A stretch of DNA of 64,000 nt from Nitrospirota bacterium (GTDB lineage Bacteria; Nitrospirota; UBA9217). Location of the stretch: contig CAVVOB010000013.1 in assembly GCA_963749655.1 (NCBI GenBank), forward strand, positions 224,001-288,000. Direction: 5' to 3'. Below the pieces are notes generated by a model that was given only the letters and a program-made list of their open reading frames with translations, did not search any database and was not told the DNA's origin. Positions 8,948 to 20,949 of the stretch are shown here, piece by piece (the first letter of the stretch is position 1; every line of letters starts with the position of its first letter). Made by a program: the position numbers and the translations under genes.

Positions 8948-11900
8948 ATGACGAACGCAGTCCAGACAAAAAATACCGTCTGCAGTCTTGATTACCTTGT
9001 GGGTACCTTATCCACTGCTTACAAAGGATCCCTGCGGTCCCTCGTGGTGAAAGATTTTTGCATGACCGACGGGGGCGCGGAAACGTCGCTCCAGGGGACG
9101 GTCCTGGCCCTTCCCGACGGACGGTACGAAGCATCGTTGAACCAGAGCGGCATCGAGCTCGCGCGTGTCGACCTCGCCGGGAACGGAGCTTTTTCTTTTA
9201 CTGCCGACAGGACGCAGATTGCCGCAAGCCGCGACCTTCAGATCGACATCGTGCAGTCGGGGCGGCACATCGGGACCTTTCTGCTCAAGAAGGAGAGCGC
9301 AGGCGGACTGTATGTGTCCGCAGTCGAGCTTTCCCGGGAGCTTGCGGGCGTCGATCTTGCGCTCATCACAACTCCGCTGCGGGACAAGGTGGGGCTGCTG
9401 CGCAAGGCGGAAGAGATCGTCTCCCAAGTCCATTCGACCAAGAAGAACTGGCCTGTTTTTTCAGAAGAGGCGGCTGGTTTTGCCCGCGATTTTTTCTGGA
9501 GCGAGAGGGCCGCTTTTTTCCGGGCCTTCCCCGTCCTTGTCCGGTTCCTGATCCTTGCTGCAGAGCGTACCGATCCTCTTGACCGGAATAAGCCGGTTGC
9601 CAACTATTTCGATCTTCTTGACCTGCTGTTCGAACAGGAGGGCGATACTTCGGGCCTGCGGCCGCTTGCCGAACTCTGGGTGGATGCATTGACCCGTTCA
9701 TCCATCGATCCGGCCCCCCATGGGCGGCGCACGTTTCGAGTCCCTCAAAAAGATCCACTCGACCTTTCCGGCCATCGATGTGGGGGGAGCAGTGCAGCTC
9801 CTCATCAATGCCCTCGCTAAGGCGCAGACTGCACTCAAGTTCCCGGCCGAAGCCGTCCTGGCGCCCCTTGCCGCGCTCCTTCCCCCGGAGGACTTCGAAC
9901 TGTTGAAGCGGTTCGGAGGGCCGGGACAGCGGCTCATCCTCCAGTCGCTCGACGGGGCGCAGCAGCGGCTCCGGAGCGGTGATGCCCGGGGCGCCCTCGA
10001 CCTCATCGCACGCCTCGACTTCGCCATGCTCGACGACCGGAAAGCGGTCGAGCTCCTGTTCGACCTGGCGCAGGAACCGAACCAGTCGGCCCTTTCTCGA
10101 GCCGCTGTCGCCGCCTGCCTCTCCTCCGTGTCGGCACTGTCTCCACGGGCACGGAACGTTCAGCACGTCCGTTCCCCGCATTATTTGCCGTTGATCTGAT
10201 CGGCCGGATCGACGTATGCACGGAACTCCTGCGCAGGATCGACGAAAGCCGACCCCTCGTACGGGAGCGGATCATGCTGGCCCCCCGCCTTGCCCGGGCG
10301 GTCCTTTCCTCGGGCCGGGAAGACCTCATCGTGCAATACCTCGACGGTCTCCGCCGGATCATGATCCCTTCCGCGCGGGTGCGGGGCATTTCACCGGACA
10401 CGTGGGCGGAGATCGTGGACCCCCTGCACCTCGAACTGTTGGACCCGGTTCATGGATCTGCTCGGGTCCGGGGACGGTTTGCTCGAAAGCGTTCTGGTCC
10501 GGGTGACGCCAACCTCGCCGCAGGCGGCGTGCTGATCCCCGATGATCAGCTGTTCCAGCGCCGGATCTCGGCTTATCTGAATTCGCCTGGCCATGAAAAG
10601 AAGTTTTCTGTTCAACTACCTCCTGCTCGCGCAGCTTCCTGTTTATTTCCACGACGTGGGAGCGGTCGAGCAGGATCAGGGACTATTCAACGGAACTCGA
10701 CGCCTGGGGCAACGATCCGGTCATTTATTTTCTCCGGAAACAGGTCCACGTGAATGCGAGCGGGAACAACGTCCGCCTGATCGAGGAAGTCATCCGGTCC
10801 TGGGTGGGTGCGATCCGTCGAGGTCCTGAAGAACCTTGTTCCTGTTGACATGCTGGCAAAGTCGCGACCGGAAGACAGCTGACCCGGTATTCGTCTGTCA
10901 TCACCTCCTTTTTCCAGGCCGCCGGCGTGCTGGACGAACAGGGTCTCCATCCTGAACGGGTGCTGCAGCTCACCGACCCGGCGATCGACGCCAGTTTTCG
11001 CGACGACGACGGCTCAGATCATGAGGCGCGCACGAAAGTGAAGCTCCTGTGCAAACTGTACAAGGAAGATTTCCCGGAAATATTCTCTCGTGAGCCGGGA
11101 CGCTGCCGATCGGCGATGTGCATGCCGGCCTCCTCAAGGCTGTCACGGAGCTTGAGGATCGCTTGACCCTGTCGTCCTGTCCCCGGAAAGGACGGAACCG
11201 CAGGAATCGCTCTATTTCAAGACGACACATCGCCTTCGGCATCCCCTCGGTGCTGGGATCGTATCACGAACCGAAATTCGACGCCCTCTGCGACATGATG
11301 CGGCGCGGGGAGGAGATCCCGGTACTTCTGGAGTCCGTCATTGTCGGAGCTTGAGCAGAAGGGAACGGGAGGCCTTGGAACGAGGAGCTCCGGAGCGATG
11401 GCTCGCCTCCCTGAGCGCTGCCTGGAAGGCGCTCAAACAGTACGGCATGGAGAACGTCCGGATCGACGAGTTCGTCGTGGACTCCTGGAGGAGGCCCGGC
11501 TGTCTTCCGGCCGCAGGTCGTCGATGTGCTGAAGATGTGGCAGAAGGAGCTGGCGTGGCTGTGTCGTCCCTTAGCCGGACTTTTCACGGCCCGCTGAAAG
11601 AGGCGTCGCTGCGATTCCCCCGCGACGATCTTCCGGAGCACCTCCGGGCCTTGAACGTCCCGCTTCGCTCGATTTCTCGACAAGGCCGCGGACATCGTTA
11701 TGCGGAACATCCTGAGCAGCGTTCCCGGCCTGGTAGAGTCCGACCGGCTTCTTGATGCCCTGACAACGCTGTTCCGCGTGCGGGCGGACCGTGATTTCGG
11801 GGAGGAAGACCCAACGCCACCGGCACGAAGGCTTTTTCGATATCCAGCCGGCTCACCGATCGACGACGCCCGACGGTTCGTCCCTGCTGCTCGGCAGCAA

Positions 11901-13332
11901 GGCCAGGAACCTTGTCATTGCGAAGGAGAAGGGGCCTTCCCGTGCCTGCCGGCGTGGTCCTGCCTGCGCGCCACGACGGGGGAAGGGAGCTCGAAAGGGA
12001 CCCTGACCGTTTCTCCTCCTTGTGAGAGACGCCGTGCAAGCCATCGAGACGCAGGACAGGCAAGGTGTTCGGCGGCACGAACAACCCGCTGTTCCTCTCC
12101 GTCCGGAGCGGGTCTTATCCTTCCATGCCCGGCATCCTGAATTCGATCCTCTACTGCGGCATGAATGATGATACGCTCGCGGCATTCATCCGTTCCACCG
12201 GCGATCCCGCATCGGCGTGGGATTCCTATCGCAGGTTCATCGAGCATTACGGGACCGCTGTGCTCGGGCTGCCGCATCGCGTTCTTCGAGAATATTGCCG
12301 TACGGGCCGGAACGAGCCGGTCCCGATGCGCACAGGACGGCGCGGAGCGGATCAAGACGATCGTCGGACTTTATCGCGAAGGCCTGCATACCGAAGGGCT
12401 TCGAGGTACCCGTTGACGCCTATGAACAGCTCCATCGCTGCATCCGGGCCGTCTATGCCTCCTGGGAGAGCGATCGGGCCCGTCAGTTCCGTTCAGCAAC
12501 CGGCACGTCGGAAAAGTGGGGGACATCGGCCACGCTGATGGAGATGGTTTCGGGCAACCGGGAAGGGGCAGGCGTGTCCGTGTTCTTTACCCGGAACCCT
12601 GCCACGTTCGAACCGGTCGTTTACGGAGAGACGCGGGAGAACGCCAGCGGCGACGATCTCGCTTCGGGCAGGACCACCGGCCGCCCCCTGTCGCGCAGCC
12701 AGGCCGGGGCCGAAGCCATGAGCCTCGAAGAGAGCGATCCGGAGCTCTATCGCAGGCACGCGGACCTGGCGAAAGCCGTCGAGAAAGCGTTCGGAGGCCT
12801 TCCCCAGGAAGTGGAAGTCACGTACACGCGCGACAGCAGCAACGTGCCCCGGCTGTACGTCCTCCAGGTAAGAAGAATGGTTCAGGACGAGGAGCGGGCC
12901 GGGACCTTTGACGAGATCTGCAGGATGGAGTCCCGCGTGATCGGTCGCGGCATCGGGGCGAACGGCGGAGCGCTGAGCGGCGCGGCGTCCTTTGGCGAAA
13001 CTCCGGAGGAGGTCAGGAGCCTGGCGGAGAGGACCGGCATGCCTGTCATCCTCATCCGCAGAACGGCGAACACCGACGACGTCCCGCTCATGCCCTTCAT
13101 CAGGGGCATCGTTACGGCATCGGGAGGGGTCACGTCGCACGCCGCGGTCCTCGCGCACACCTTCGGCATTGCCGCGGTTCTTGCCTCCGCAGACCTCGCG
13201 ATCGAAACGGGCAACAACGGCAGGTCGGCAATGATCGGGAACGTCAAGGTGGAGGAGGGAACGCAGCTCAGCATTGACGGCTCGACAGGCCTCATTTTTT
13301 CCGGCGTCTGCTTTCCCGGTCGGGAACCTTAA
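8948..13332 (+). CDS. Giant PPDK-like protein: long N-terminal region, ATP-grasp domain, phosphohistidine swivel domain; multiply frameshifted
   Basis: GSKARNL, PLFLSVRSGSxxSMPG, AWDSYRRF, VFFTRNP, C-terminal GGVTSHAAV and IDGSTG; pieces lie in alternating frames. Confidence 0.75.
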
Positions 13333-13335
13333 GGC

Positions 13336-13459
13336 CGACGGAAACCGACGTACCCCCGACGGGATGCGACGAAAAACGACTGGTTCGATTCCTGCCCCTT
13401 ACGTCGCTGCCCGGTCGATTCTCGTCGTCCTTGCGTCGCTTCTTTGTCGCCTCACGTCG
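13336..13459. promoter_or_regulatory. Helically phased CGAC x5 / GTCG x6 inverted array
   Basis: Motifs spaced 10-11 bp apart. Confidence 0.6.
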
Positions 13460-13659
13460 CTTTTTCTATGTTGAATACTGGTACAATTTAATTAGAGGGC
13501 CAATCCGCATGTTTTTGTTTTCATCGTGTTCGCATTTGGGCGAGGATACGTGCAGCTTGTGGCGGAGCATGAGGCGGAGGGCAAGAATACGGAATTGCAT
13601 GGCGTTGCCCGCAGTCCGGTGAGGACAGACGGGCAGGCGCTCATGAAAAAGCGGGAGAA

Positions 13660-14178
13660 ATGATGAGGAAACTGAAAGTTATAGGAATAGTGATTGCAGC
13701 CGCCCTTCTGGCCATGATGTCTACGTCTTTTGCCCAGCCCATGGGCGGGATGGGAGGACCGGTCGGCGGAGGCAGAGGCATGGGCGGCTCCGGCGGGAGG
13801 GGCGGCGGTGGGTACGGAGGCAGGGGCGGGAGCGGCGCCTTGTATAATGCACAGACCGTGCTGACGATCAGCGGTGAGGTGAAGGCAGTGGAGCGGGTCA
13901 CTCCCCAGAGCGGAACGTCCTACGACGTATATCTCATCGTTCAAATGGATGCCGGCCCGATCGATGTCTATCTCGGTCCGGGGTGGTACGTTGACAGCCG
14001 GGACGTCAAGATCCAGGCCGGTGACACTGTGGAAATAAAAGGATCCAAGGTGAGCTCCCAGGGGAATCCGTCGCTCATAGCAGCGGAAGTGACCAGGGGT
14101 GGCGATGTTCTGGTCTTTCGGGATGTCAATACAGGCACCCCTGCATGGTCCGGCGCGAAGAATATCGACCAGATGTAA
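13660..14178 (+). CDS. Exported protein with Gly/Arg-rich linker and OB-fold-like domain (MamS/MamX-like)
   Basis: Signal peptide; VYLGPGWY, GDTVEIKGS, IAAEV, RD..GTPAWSG motifs. Confidence 0.7.
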   Translation: MMRKLKVIGIVIAAALLAMMSTSFAQPMGGMGGPVGGGRGMGGSGGRGGGGYGGRGGSGALYNAQTVLTISGEVKAVERVTPQSGTSYDVYLIVQMDAGPIDVYLGPGWYVDSRDVKIQAGDTVEIKGSKVSSQGNPSLIAAEVTRGGDVLVFRDVNTGTPAWSGAKNIDQM

Positions 14179-14338
14179 GCCAGAGCTTCAGAGGATGGAG
14201 CGTGCATGAGTATTTTAATCCACGCCGGCCAAGCCTCTTGAATGTTGGTATAATTTATTCAGATGATTCATCCGCGGTTCTCCCTTGCCATACAAAGACA
14301 AAGGACACCCAGTGAGCGCCTCGGAGAGAGGCGACAAC

Positions 14339-15349
14339 ATGAAAACTATTGCCATCAACGGATTGGGCCGCATCGGCCGACTGGCCCTGCGGCTCTACGT
14401 GGAAAACCCAACGGAGCAGGCCGTCATCGTGGCGGCGAACAGCCCGGCGCCGATCGACGATCTCGCCTATCTTCTCAAATACGACTCCGTTCACGGGCGG
14501 GCGCCTTTTGAGGTCCACGCGGGTCCCGATTACCTTGAGCTGGGCTCTCACCGCATGCGGGTCGAGATCTCCCATGAAAAGGACCCGAAAAATCTTCCCT
14601 GGCGCAGGCACGGCGTCGATATCGTGCTCGAATGCACGGGTCTGTTTCTCCGGCGGGATGAAGCGGAACAGCATCTGCAAGCCGGCGCTTCGAAGGTCAT
14701 CATCAGCGCGGACGCCAAGAACGCCGATCTGACTGTGGTAATGGGCGTCAATGAGCACTTGTACGATCCTGAGCACCATCACATTCTCTCGAACGCCTCC
14801 TGCACAACGAACTGCCTGGCTACGGCCTCCAAGGTGCTGCTCGATTCCTTCGGCATCGAGTACCTGACGGCCACGACGATCCATGCCTACACGTCCAGCC
14901 AGGCGCTCATCGACAAGTCTTCTCCCCGGCACCGGAGAAGGGGGCGCGCCGCGGCGGTCTCGCTCGTTCCCTCGAGCACCGGAGCCGCCACGGCAACGCA
15001 GGTCGTGCTGCCGGAGCTGAAGGGAAGAATGTCCGCCCTGGCCGTGCGCGTCCCCATCCCCGACGGGTCGCTGACGGACATCACGGCCCATCTCAAGAAG
15101 GATGTGACCACGGAGAGCGTGAACGCGGCATTCAAAAAGGCCTCGGAAGGCGATCTGCGCGGCATCCTCGGCTACAGCGAGGACGAGCTGGTTTCGGCGG
15201 ACATCGTGGGTGATGAACATTCCTCGATCATCGACGCGGGCGCGACCCGTGTTCTCAGGGACCGTGTCGTCAAGGTGCTCGCCTGGTATGATAATGAATA
15301 CGGGTATGCGCGGAGGCTGCTCGACCTGGCGGAGTACCTGGCGCAGTAA
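14339..15349 (+). CDS. gap: Type I glyceraldehyde-3-phosphate dehydrogenase
   Basis: INGLGRIGR, YDSVHG, SNASCTTNCLA, WYDNEYGY. Confidence 0.96.
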   Translation: MKTIAINGLGRIGRLALRLYVENPTEQAVIVAANSPAPIDDLAYLLKYDSVHGRAPFEVHAGPDYLELGSHRMRVEISHEKDPKNLPWRRHGVDIVLECTGLFLRRDEAEQHLQAGASKVIISADAKNADLTVVMGVNEHLYDPEHHHILSNASCTTNCLATASKVLLDSFGIEYLTATTIHAYTSSQALIDKSSPRHRRRGRAAAVSLVPSSTGAATATQVVLPELKGRMSALAVRVPIPDGSLTDITAHLKKDVTTESVNAAFKKASEGDLRGILGYSEDELVSADIVGDEHSSIIDAGATRVLRDRVVKVLAWYDNEYGYARRLLDLAEYLAQ

Positions 15350-15397
15350 CCGATGCCCTGACGGACGTTGAAAAGGGCGGACGCTTGTATGGAAAGA

Positions 15398-15862
15398 ATG
15401 AGCGACTACATAAAAATAGACATGGCGCAGGAAAAGAACATTGTTCTGGTCGCCCATGACAACAAGAAGCAGGACCTGCTGGAATGGGCGAAGTTCAACC
15501 GGGAGCTCCTTGCCCATCACCGGCTCTATGCCACGGGAACGACAGGCAGCCTCCTGGAAAAAGAGCTCGGCCTGGAGATCACGAAGCTCCAGAGCGGCCC
15601 GCTGGGCGGAGATCTGCAGATCGGCGCGAAGATCGCAGACGGCATCATCGATTTCCTGATCTTCTTCTGGGACCCGCTGGAGCCGCAGCCCCACGACCCC
15701 GATGTGAAGGCCATTTTGAGGATCGCCGTGGTCTGGAACATTCCTGTTGCCTGCAACCGGGCGAGTGCGGATTTTATGATTTCGTCGATGCTGATGACGT
15801 CGGAGTACAGCCGGCTGGTGCCGAACTACGATACCTACCGGCAGCGGTTGAAGGAACTGTAG
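15398..15862 (+). CDS. mgsA: Methylglyoxal synthase
   Basis: LVAHDx[23 protein letters not shown]. Confidence 0.96.
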   Translation: MSDYIKIDMAQEKNIVLVAHDNKKQDLLEWAKFNRELLAHHRLYATGTTGSLLEKELGLEITKLQSGPLGGDLQIGAKIADGIIDFLIFFWDPLEPQPHDPDVKAILRIAVVWNIPVACNRASADFMISSMLMTSEYSRLVPNYDTYRQRLKEL

Positions 15863-16018
15863 CGCCTGCGCGGGGGCGGCATGCTCCGGCGCAAATTTGG
15901 CCTTGCATTCGAAAGGGATTTGTGATTTCATATCCCAATGCAGTGGTTTTCCTTCGGAGGCAGGACATTACCGGATCGTGTGATCGCATGAACAGGTACT
16001 ATCACAAAGGAGGATACT

Positions 16019-17442
16019 ATGAAGAAGGTAACCAGACGTGAATTCATCAAGAAAGCGGGAGTAGGCGCCGCGGGCCTCGCAGTCGGGTCGTCGGTATTGG
16101 ATTTGAACAAGGTCTTCGCGCAGACAACCGGGGCGAAGGACTCTGCAGGATCCTGCAGTGGAGCCATTTTGTTCCGACTCATGACAAGTGGTATGACCAG
16201 TACGCGAAGGAATGGGGCGAGAAGAATAATGTGGACGTGATCGTCGATCACATCGGGCTCGCGGACCTGCGGAGCACGTTCGCCGCCGAGGTCGCCGCCG
16301 GGAAAGGGACACGATATCGTGGAGTTCATCGATCCTCCGTCCGATTTCGAACCGAGCGTGATGGATCTGACGGACCTGAACCAGGAGGCGGTGAAGCGGT
16401 TCGGGAAGCAGCTTCCGGTTGCAACGCGAAGCACGTACAATGCCTATACGAAGAAATACTACGGCTTCTGCCATGGCTGGACGATCGATCCCGGGCGACT
16501 ACCGCAAGTCCCTGTGGGATAAGGCAGGCAAACCCAACGGACCGGAGACCTGGGAGGATCTGATGGTCTACGGAGCAAAGATCAAGAACGAGCAGGGCAT
16601 CCAGCTGGGGATCGGCATCTCCCAGGAGCTGGACACGAACATGGCCGAGCGCACCCTGCTGTGGTCCTTCGATTCTTCCATCCAGGACGCGGAAGAGCAT
16701 GTCATTCTGGACAACAAGAATACCGTCGAAGCCGTTAAGTTCATGATCGACCTGTACAATAAGACCATGACGCCCGAGGTTTTCGGCTGGACCGCGGCAT
16801 CCAATAATCAGCTTCTGCTTGCTGGCAAGGCATCGTACATCCTGAATTCGATCTCCGCCTACCGGTCGGCGCAGAAGGACGTTCCCGAGGTGGCCAAGGA
16901 CGTGTTCTTCACCCCGGCGCTCAAGGGGCCGCGCGGTACGGCGTGGGCCTGCGAGCATGTGATCTATGTGACGGTGATCCCCAAGTTCGCGGAGAAGAAC
17001 GCAGACGTGGCAAAGCGGTTCCTGCTCGACCGGGTGGCGAACTACGACCGGGCCATGTGGGAGAGCAAACTGTACAATTCGCCGGCCTTCTTCAGCGCCG
17101 GGGTGCCGGGCGGGGAACGCGGGTATCCCGCAGTCGCACAGGCAAAGCATCTGCGTGACCTGCACAATGCATGGTTCTCGAAGGACCCCTTCGCGCTTCC
17201 CGGCGAGGCGACAAACAAGCTGCTGCCGCTTAAAGACGCGGAGAAGTGGAGCGTCAACGTGGGCTTCCCCGGCACGTCGAGCCCGGCCGAGGGCGAGATC
17301 TTCGGCACCTTCATTCTGCCGGGCATGTTCGCCCGCGTAGCCCAGGGCAAACAGAGCGCCGAGGAGTCGGTGAAGCAGGCCGCCGAGCAGTGCAAGAAGA
17401 TCTTCGACAAGTGGCGTGCACAGGGCCTGATCAGGAAGATAA
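16019..17442 (+). CDS. Tat-exported sugar ABC substrate-binding protein (frameshifted)
   Basis: TRREFIK signal; SBP_bac_1-like segments across frames; end position approximate. Confidence 0.75.
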
Positions 17443-17603
17443 TTCGATCAAGAGGCTACATCCGCCGCAGAGAACGCGGATATTCGGATGAAGGGCAATT
17501 GCAAGATGCGTTTCTCTGGGAGCTCCGGGCTCTCTGTGGCAGCTTATTTAAATGCTTCATCATGGTTCGGGCATACTATCTTTTGTGTCCGGCTCTTCTT
17601 GAC

Positions 17604-17681
17604 CGTCATTCCGGGCTTGACCCGGAATCCAGCGACTCTTCTAAAGTAAGACACTGGATTCCTGCTTTCGCAGGAATGACG
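17604..17681. repeat. RPE/REP-like palindromic element
   Basis: CGTCATTCC...GGAATCCAG...CTGGATTCC...GGAATGACG branched palindrome. Confidence 0.8.
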
Positions 17682-17730
17682 TCCATTAAAGTGCGGACTC
17701 GTGTGTAACCCTTTACTATCAGGATAATTC

Positions 17731-18732
17731 ATGGCGAACGTACAGCTTGTTGGGATTCAGAAGCACTTTGAAGGCGTAAAGGCCGTCGACGGCATCGATC
17801 TGGAGATCGCCGACGGGGAATTTCTGGTGCTCCTCGGACCGTCGGGGAGCGGAAAGACCACGCTGATGCGGCTCGTAGCCGGCCTCGAGAAGCCGACGGG
17901 CGGACGCATCCTTATCGACGGCCGGCCCGTTAATGACCTCCCCCCGCGGGAACGCGGCATCGCCATGGTCTTCCAGAGCTACGCGCTCTATCCGCACAAG
18001 ACGGTCTTCGGGAACATTTCCTTTCCCCTGATCATCGAAGGCCTTCCCAAGGCGGAGATCAGGAAGAAAGCGGAGTGGGCGTCGGGACTGCTCGGCATAG
18101 GCCATCTCCTGGACCGGATGCCGTCGCAGATCTCCGGCGGAGAGCGCCAGCGGGTCGCTATCGCGCGCGCCCTGGTGCGCCGTCCGAAAGTGCTGCTCAT
18201 GGACGAGCCGCTGTCCAACCTGGACGCCAAGGTGCGGCATACTGCCCGCGAGGAGTTGAAGCTTTTCCAGCGCGAGATCAACGTGACGACCATCTACGTC
18301 ACCCATGACCAGGCAGAGGCCATGGGCCTGGGGGACCGGATCGCGGTGCTGCACCAGGGCACGATCCGTCAGATCGGGACGCCCGACTCGATCTATAATG
18401 ATCCGGCGAACATGTTCGTCGGCGGTTTCGTCGGCATTCCGCCCATGAACTTCATGGAGCAGGACGGCCTGATCGTGGGATTCCGCCCCGAGGCGCTCCT
18501 TCCGGCGGAGGCGCTGCCGGACAAGGACTGCATGCGGCTCCGGCTCCTGGTCGAACGGGTCGAGGACCTGGGATCGCACCGGCTGGTGTACGGGACCATC
18601 GGCAAAACCAAAGTCATTGCAACCCATAACTTCCGGTTGAACCTGAAGGAGGGAGATGAGCACGAGTTCGCGGTCTGCAGCCAGGAACTCCGGCGCTTCG
18701 ATCCGAAGACCGGAGAGCGGGTGCGGCCGTGA
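17731..18732 (+). CDS. Sugar ABC transporter ATP-binding protein (MalK/UgpC family)
   Basis: GPSGSGKTT, VFQSYALYPH, SGGERQ, DEPLSNLD. Confidence 0.95.
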   Translation: MANVQLVGIQKHFEGVKAVDGIDLEIADGEFLVLLGPSGSGKTTLMRLVAGLEKPTGGRILIDGRPVNDLPPRERGIAMVFQSYALYPHKTVFGNISFPLIIEGLPKAEIRKKAEWASGLLGIGHLLDRMPSQISGGERQRVAIARALVRRPKVLLMDEPLSNLDAKVRHTAREELKLFQREINVTTIYVTHDQAEAMGLGDRIAVLHQGTIRQIGTPDSIYNDPANMFVGGFVGIPPMNFMEQDGLIVGFRPEALLPAEALPDKDCMRLRLLVERVEDLGSHRLVYGTIGKTKVIATHNFRLNLKEGDEHEFAVCSQELRRFDPKTGERVRP

Positions 18733-19649
18733 GCGGGCGGAACATATTCGAGCGCGAGACGGTCCTCGCTCCGCTGATGCTGGCTCCCGTTGCGCTGTAT
18801 ATGATCCTCCTGGTGGGCTTTCCCTTCATCATGGCCTTCGTGTACAGCTTCAGCAACGTCACGGTGGGGAATCCCCACTTCCGCATGATCGGGTTCGCCA
18901 ATTATGCAGCGGTGCTCGGAGATCCCGTCTTCCTCCATTCGCTCATGAACACCTGCATCTTCACCTTCACCTCCATCGGCCTGGTGCTCGTGCTTTCGAA
19001 CATGCTCTGTGAGCTCCTGATGAGGCAGTTCCGCTTCAAATGGCTGATCCGGTTCCTGATCATGCTGCCCTGGACCGCGCCGATCGCGCTCGGGACCATC
19101 GGCTTCCTCTGGTTCCTCGATTCCGTGTTCAGCCCCCTGGACTGGCTGCTCCGGACCTGGGGCCTCCTCGGAAAGCCCGATGCGCTGCTCGGCCCGATGA
19201 GCAACATGTACTGGCTGGGAAGACCCGGCCTCGCCATGGCGTCGGTGATCACGGTGCATGTGTGGCGGTTGCTCCCCCTTGCCACGATGATACGGATCGC
19301 GGGCATGAACTCGATTCCCAAAGAGATCGTCGAGGCGGCCCAGGTGGACGGCGCAGGGTATTACCGGCGCCTCTTCCATATCATCCTGCCGCTCCTGTTG
19401 CCGGTGATCAGCGTGACGGTGCTGTTCTCGACGCTCTTCACGTTCACGGACATGACCGTGGTCTGGGTCCTGACCAAGGGAGGTCCTCCGGACAACAATA
19501 CGCAGGTGCTGGCCAGCCTCGCGTTCCTGAAGGGGATCCAGGGAGGCGATCTTGCCCAGGGCGCCGCGGTCGCCATATTCTTCTTCCCGGTCCTGGCCGG
19601 GCTGGCTGCGGTCGTGCTTCGGATCGCGAAGAAGGCGGTTGTAACGTAG
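18729..19649 (+). CDS. Sugar ABC transporter permease (MalF-like)
   Basis: EAAQVDGA loop, TM helices. Confidence 0.93.
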   Translation: MSGRNIFERETVLAPLMLAPVALYMILLVGFPFIMAFVYSFSNVTVGNPHFRMIGFANYAAVLGDPVFLHSLMNTCIFTFTSIGLVLVLSNMLCELLMRQFRFKWLIRFLIMLPWTAPIALGTIGFLWFLDSVFSPLDWLLRTWGLLGKPDALLGPMSNMYWLGRPGLAMASVITVHVWRLLPLATMIRIAGMNSIPKEIVEAAQVDGAGYYRRLFHIILPLLLPVISVTVLFSTLFTFTDMTVVWVLTKGGPPDNNTQVLASLAFLKGIQGGDLAQGAAVAIFFFPVLAGLAAVVLRIAKKAVVT

Positions 19650-19651
19650 GC

Positions 19652-19697
<46 letters not shown>

Positions 19698-19708
19698 TCT
19701 TCCTTACT

Positions 19709-20548
19709 ATGCTGAAGAGAATCCTTTCGCAGACGTGGTTATACGGCGGGCTTTCTTTTTTCGTTATTTTTTCCGCCTCGCCCTTCTATATCATGCTCAT
19801 CACCATGTTCAAGCAGAGCCACGATCTGTTCAGCCCGACCAACAATCCCTTCTGGCTGAACGAGCCGATCACCTTCGAACACATGGACCTGCTCTTCAAA
19901 CAGACGCTGTTCCCGACGTTTCTGTGGAACACGCTCATAGTCGGCATTGCCGTGGTCATCATCACGGTCCTTCTGGCCGTTCCCGCAGCGCTCAGTCTGG
20001 CCCGTCTGGCCGGCCGGTGGGGGGAAAGCATCGGCGTCGCCATCTTCCTCACCTACCTGGTCCCTCCGACGCTGCTGTTCCTCCCGCTGACGCACATTGT
20101 GTCGATCCTGGGACTGCAGAATTCCCTCTGGTCCCTGGTGCTGGTGTATCCCACTTTTACCGTCCCGTTCTGCACCTGGCTGATGATGAGCTTCTTCAAG
20201 TCAATCCCCAAGGACATCGAGGAGCAGGCCCTTGTCGACGGGTGCAGCAGGACCGGGGCGATGGTGCGCATTCTGCTGCCGCTTTCCGTTCCGGGCATCA
20301 TCACCGTGGTGGTGTTCGCCTTCACGCTCGTGGCCCATGAATATATCTATGCCCTCGCCTTCATCCAGGATTCGGCAAAGAAGACCATCGGCATCGGCAT
20401 GACCACGGAACTGGTGCGGGGCGACGTGTTCTACTGGGGGGCGCTCATGGGTGGGGCTCTGATCGCAAGCGTTCCCGTGGCGATCCTGTACACGCTCTTC
20501 CTCGACCGCATCATATCGGGCCTTTCCCTGGGAACAACGAAAAATTGA
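19709..20548 (+). CDS. Sugar ABC transporter permease (MalG-like)
   Basis: EEQALVDG loop, TM helices. Confidence 0.93.
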   Translation: MLKRILSQTWLYGGLSFFVIFSASPFYIMLITMFKQSHDLFSPTNNPFWLNEPITFEHMDLLFKQTLFPTFLWNTLIVGIAVVIITVLLAVPAALSLARLAGRWGESIGVAIFLTYLVPPTLLFLPLTHIVSILGLQNSLWSLVLVYPTFTVPFCTWLMMSFFKSIPKDIEEQALVDGCSRTGAMVRILLPLSVPGIITVVVFAFTLVAHEYIYALAFIQDSAKKTIGIGMTTELVRGDVFYWGALMGGALIASVPVAILYTLFLDRIISGLSLGTTKN

Positions 20549-20949
20549 TTCTTTGATTGCGTGGCGCGAGATTCAAGTTGGGAATCCGTATCACGCTGAC
20601 ACAAAACGTACAACCCGTAATCCGCAGCGCGTCATTCGCCACCCGAAACCCGCAAGGGAAGCTCATAAATCGCAACTTCTGACAGCCCTTTCCGCAATAA
20701 AGTACCTACCGGAACCTTGACAGGAAGCGAATCGTCCCTGATAATCGCACCAAGCCCATCTTCTCGAAAAAACGAGCGCCTGAACTGGGAGCGCGCGGAG
20801 GGGAAGGAAAAGGTAATAACAACATTTTTAAACAAAGGAGGGAAACGAAAACCGCTGGCCGTTGAAAACAACCATCATGATGCCGATACGTTAGCCTTAC
20901 ACCTAAAAACCGCAGAATGCGGTTTCATCCAAGCACAAGGAGGATGTTG

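Noticed and set aside
13660-14178. Magnetosome island
   Set aside because: A single widespread domain; no other mam genes
17443-17708. C-terminal extension of the SBP ORF
   Set aside because: Read-through into repeat DNA, probably caused by an indel before the stop at 17440-17442
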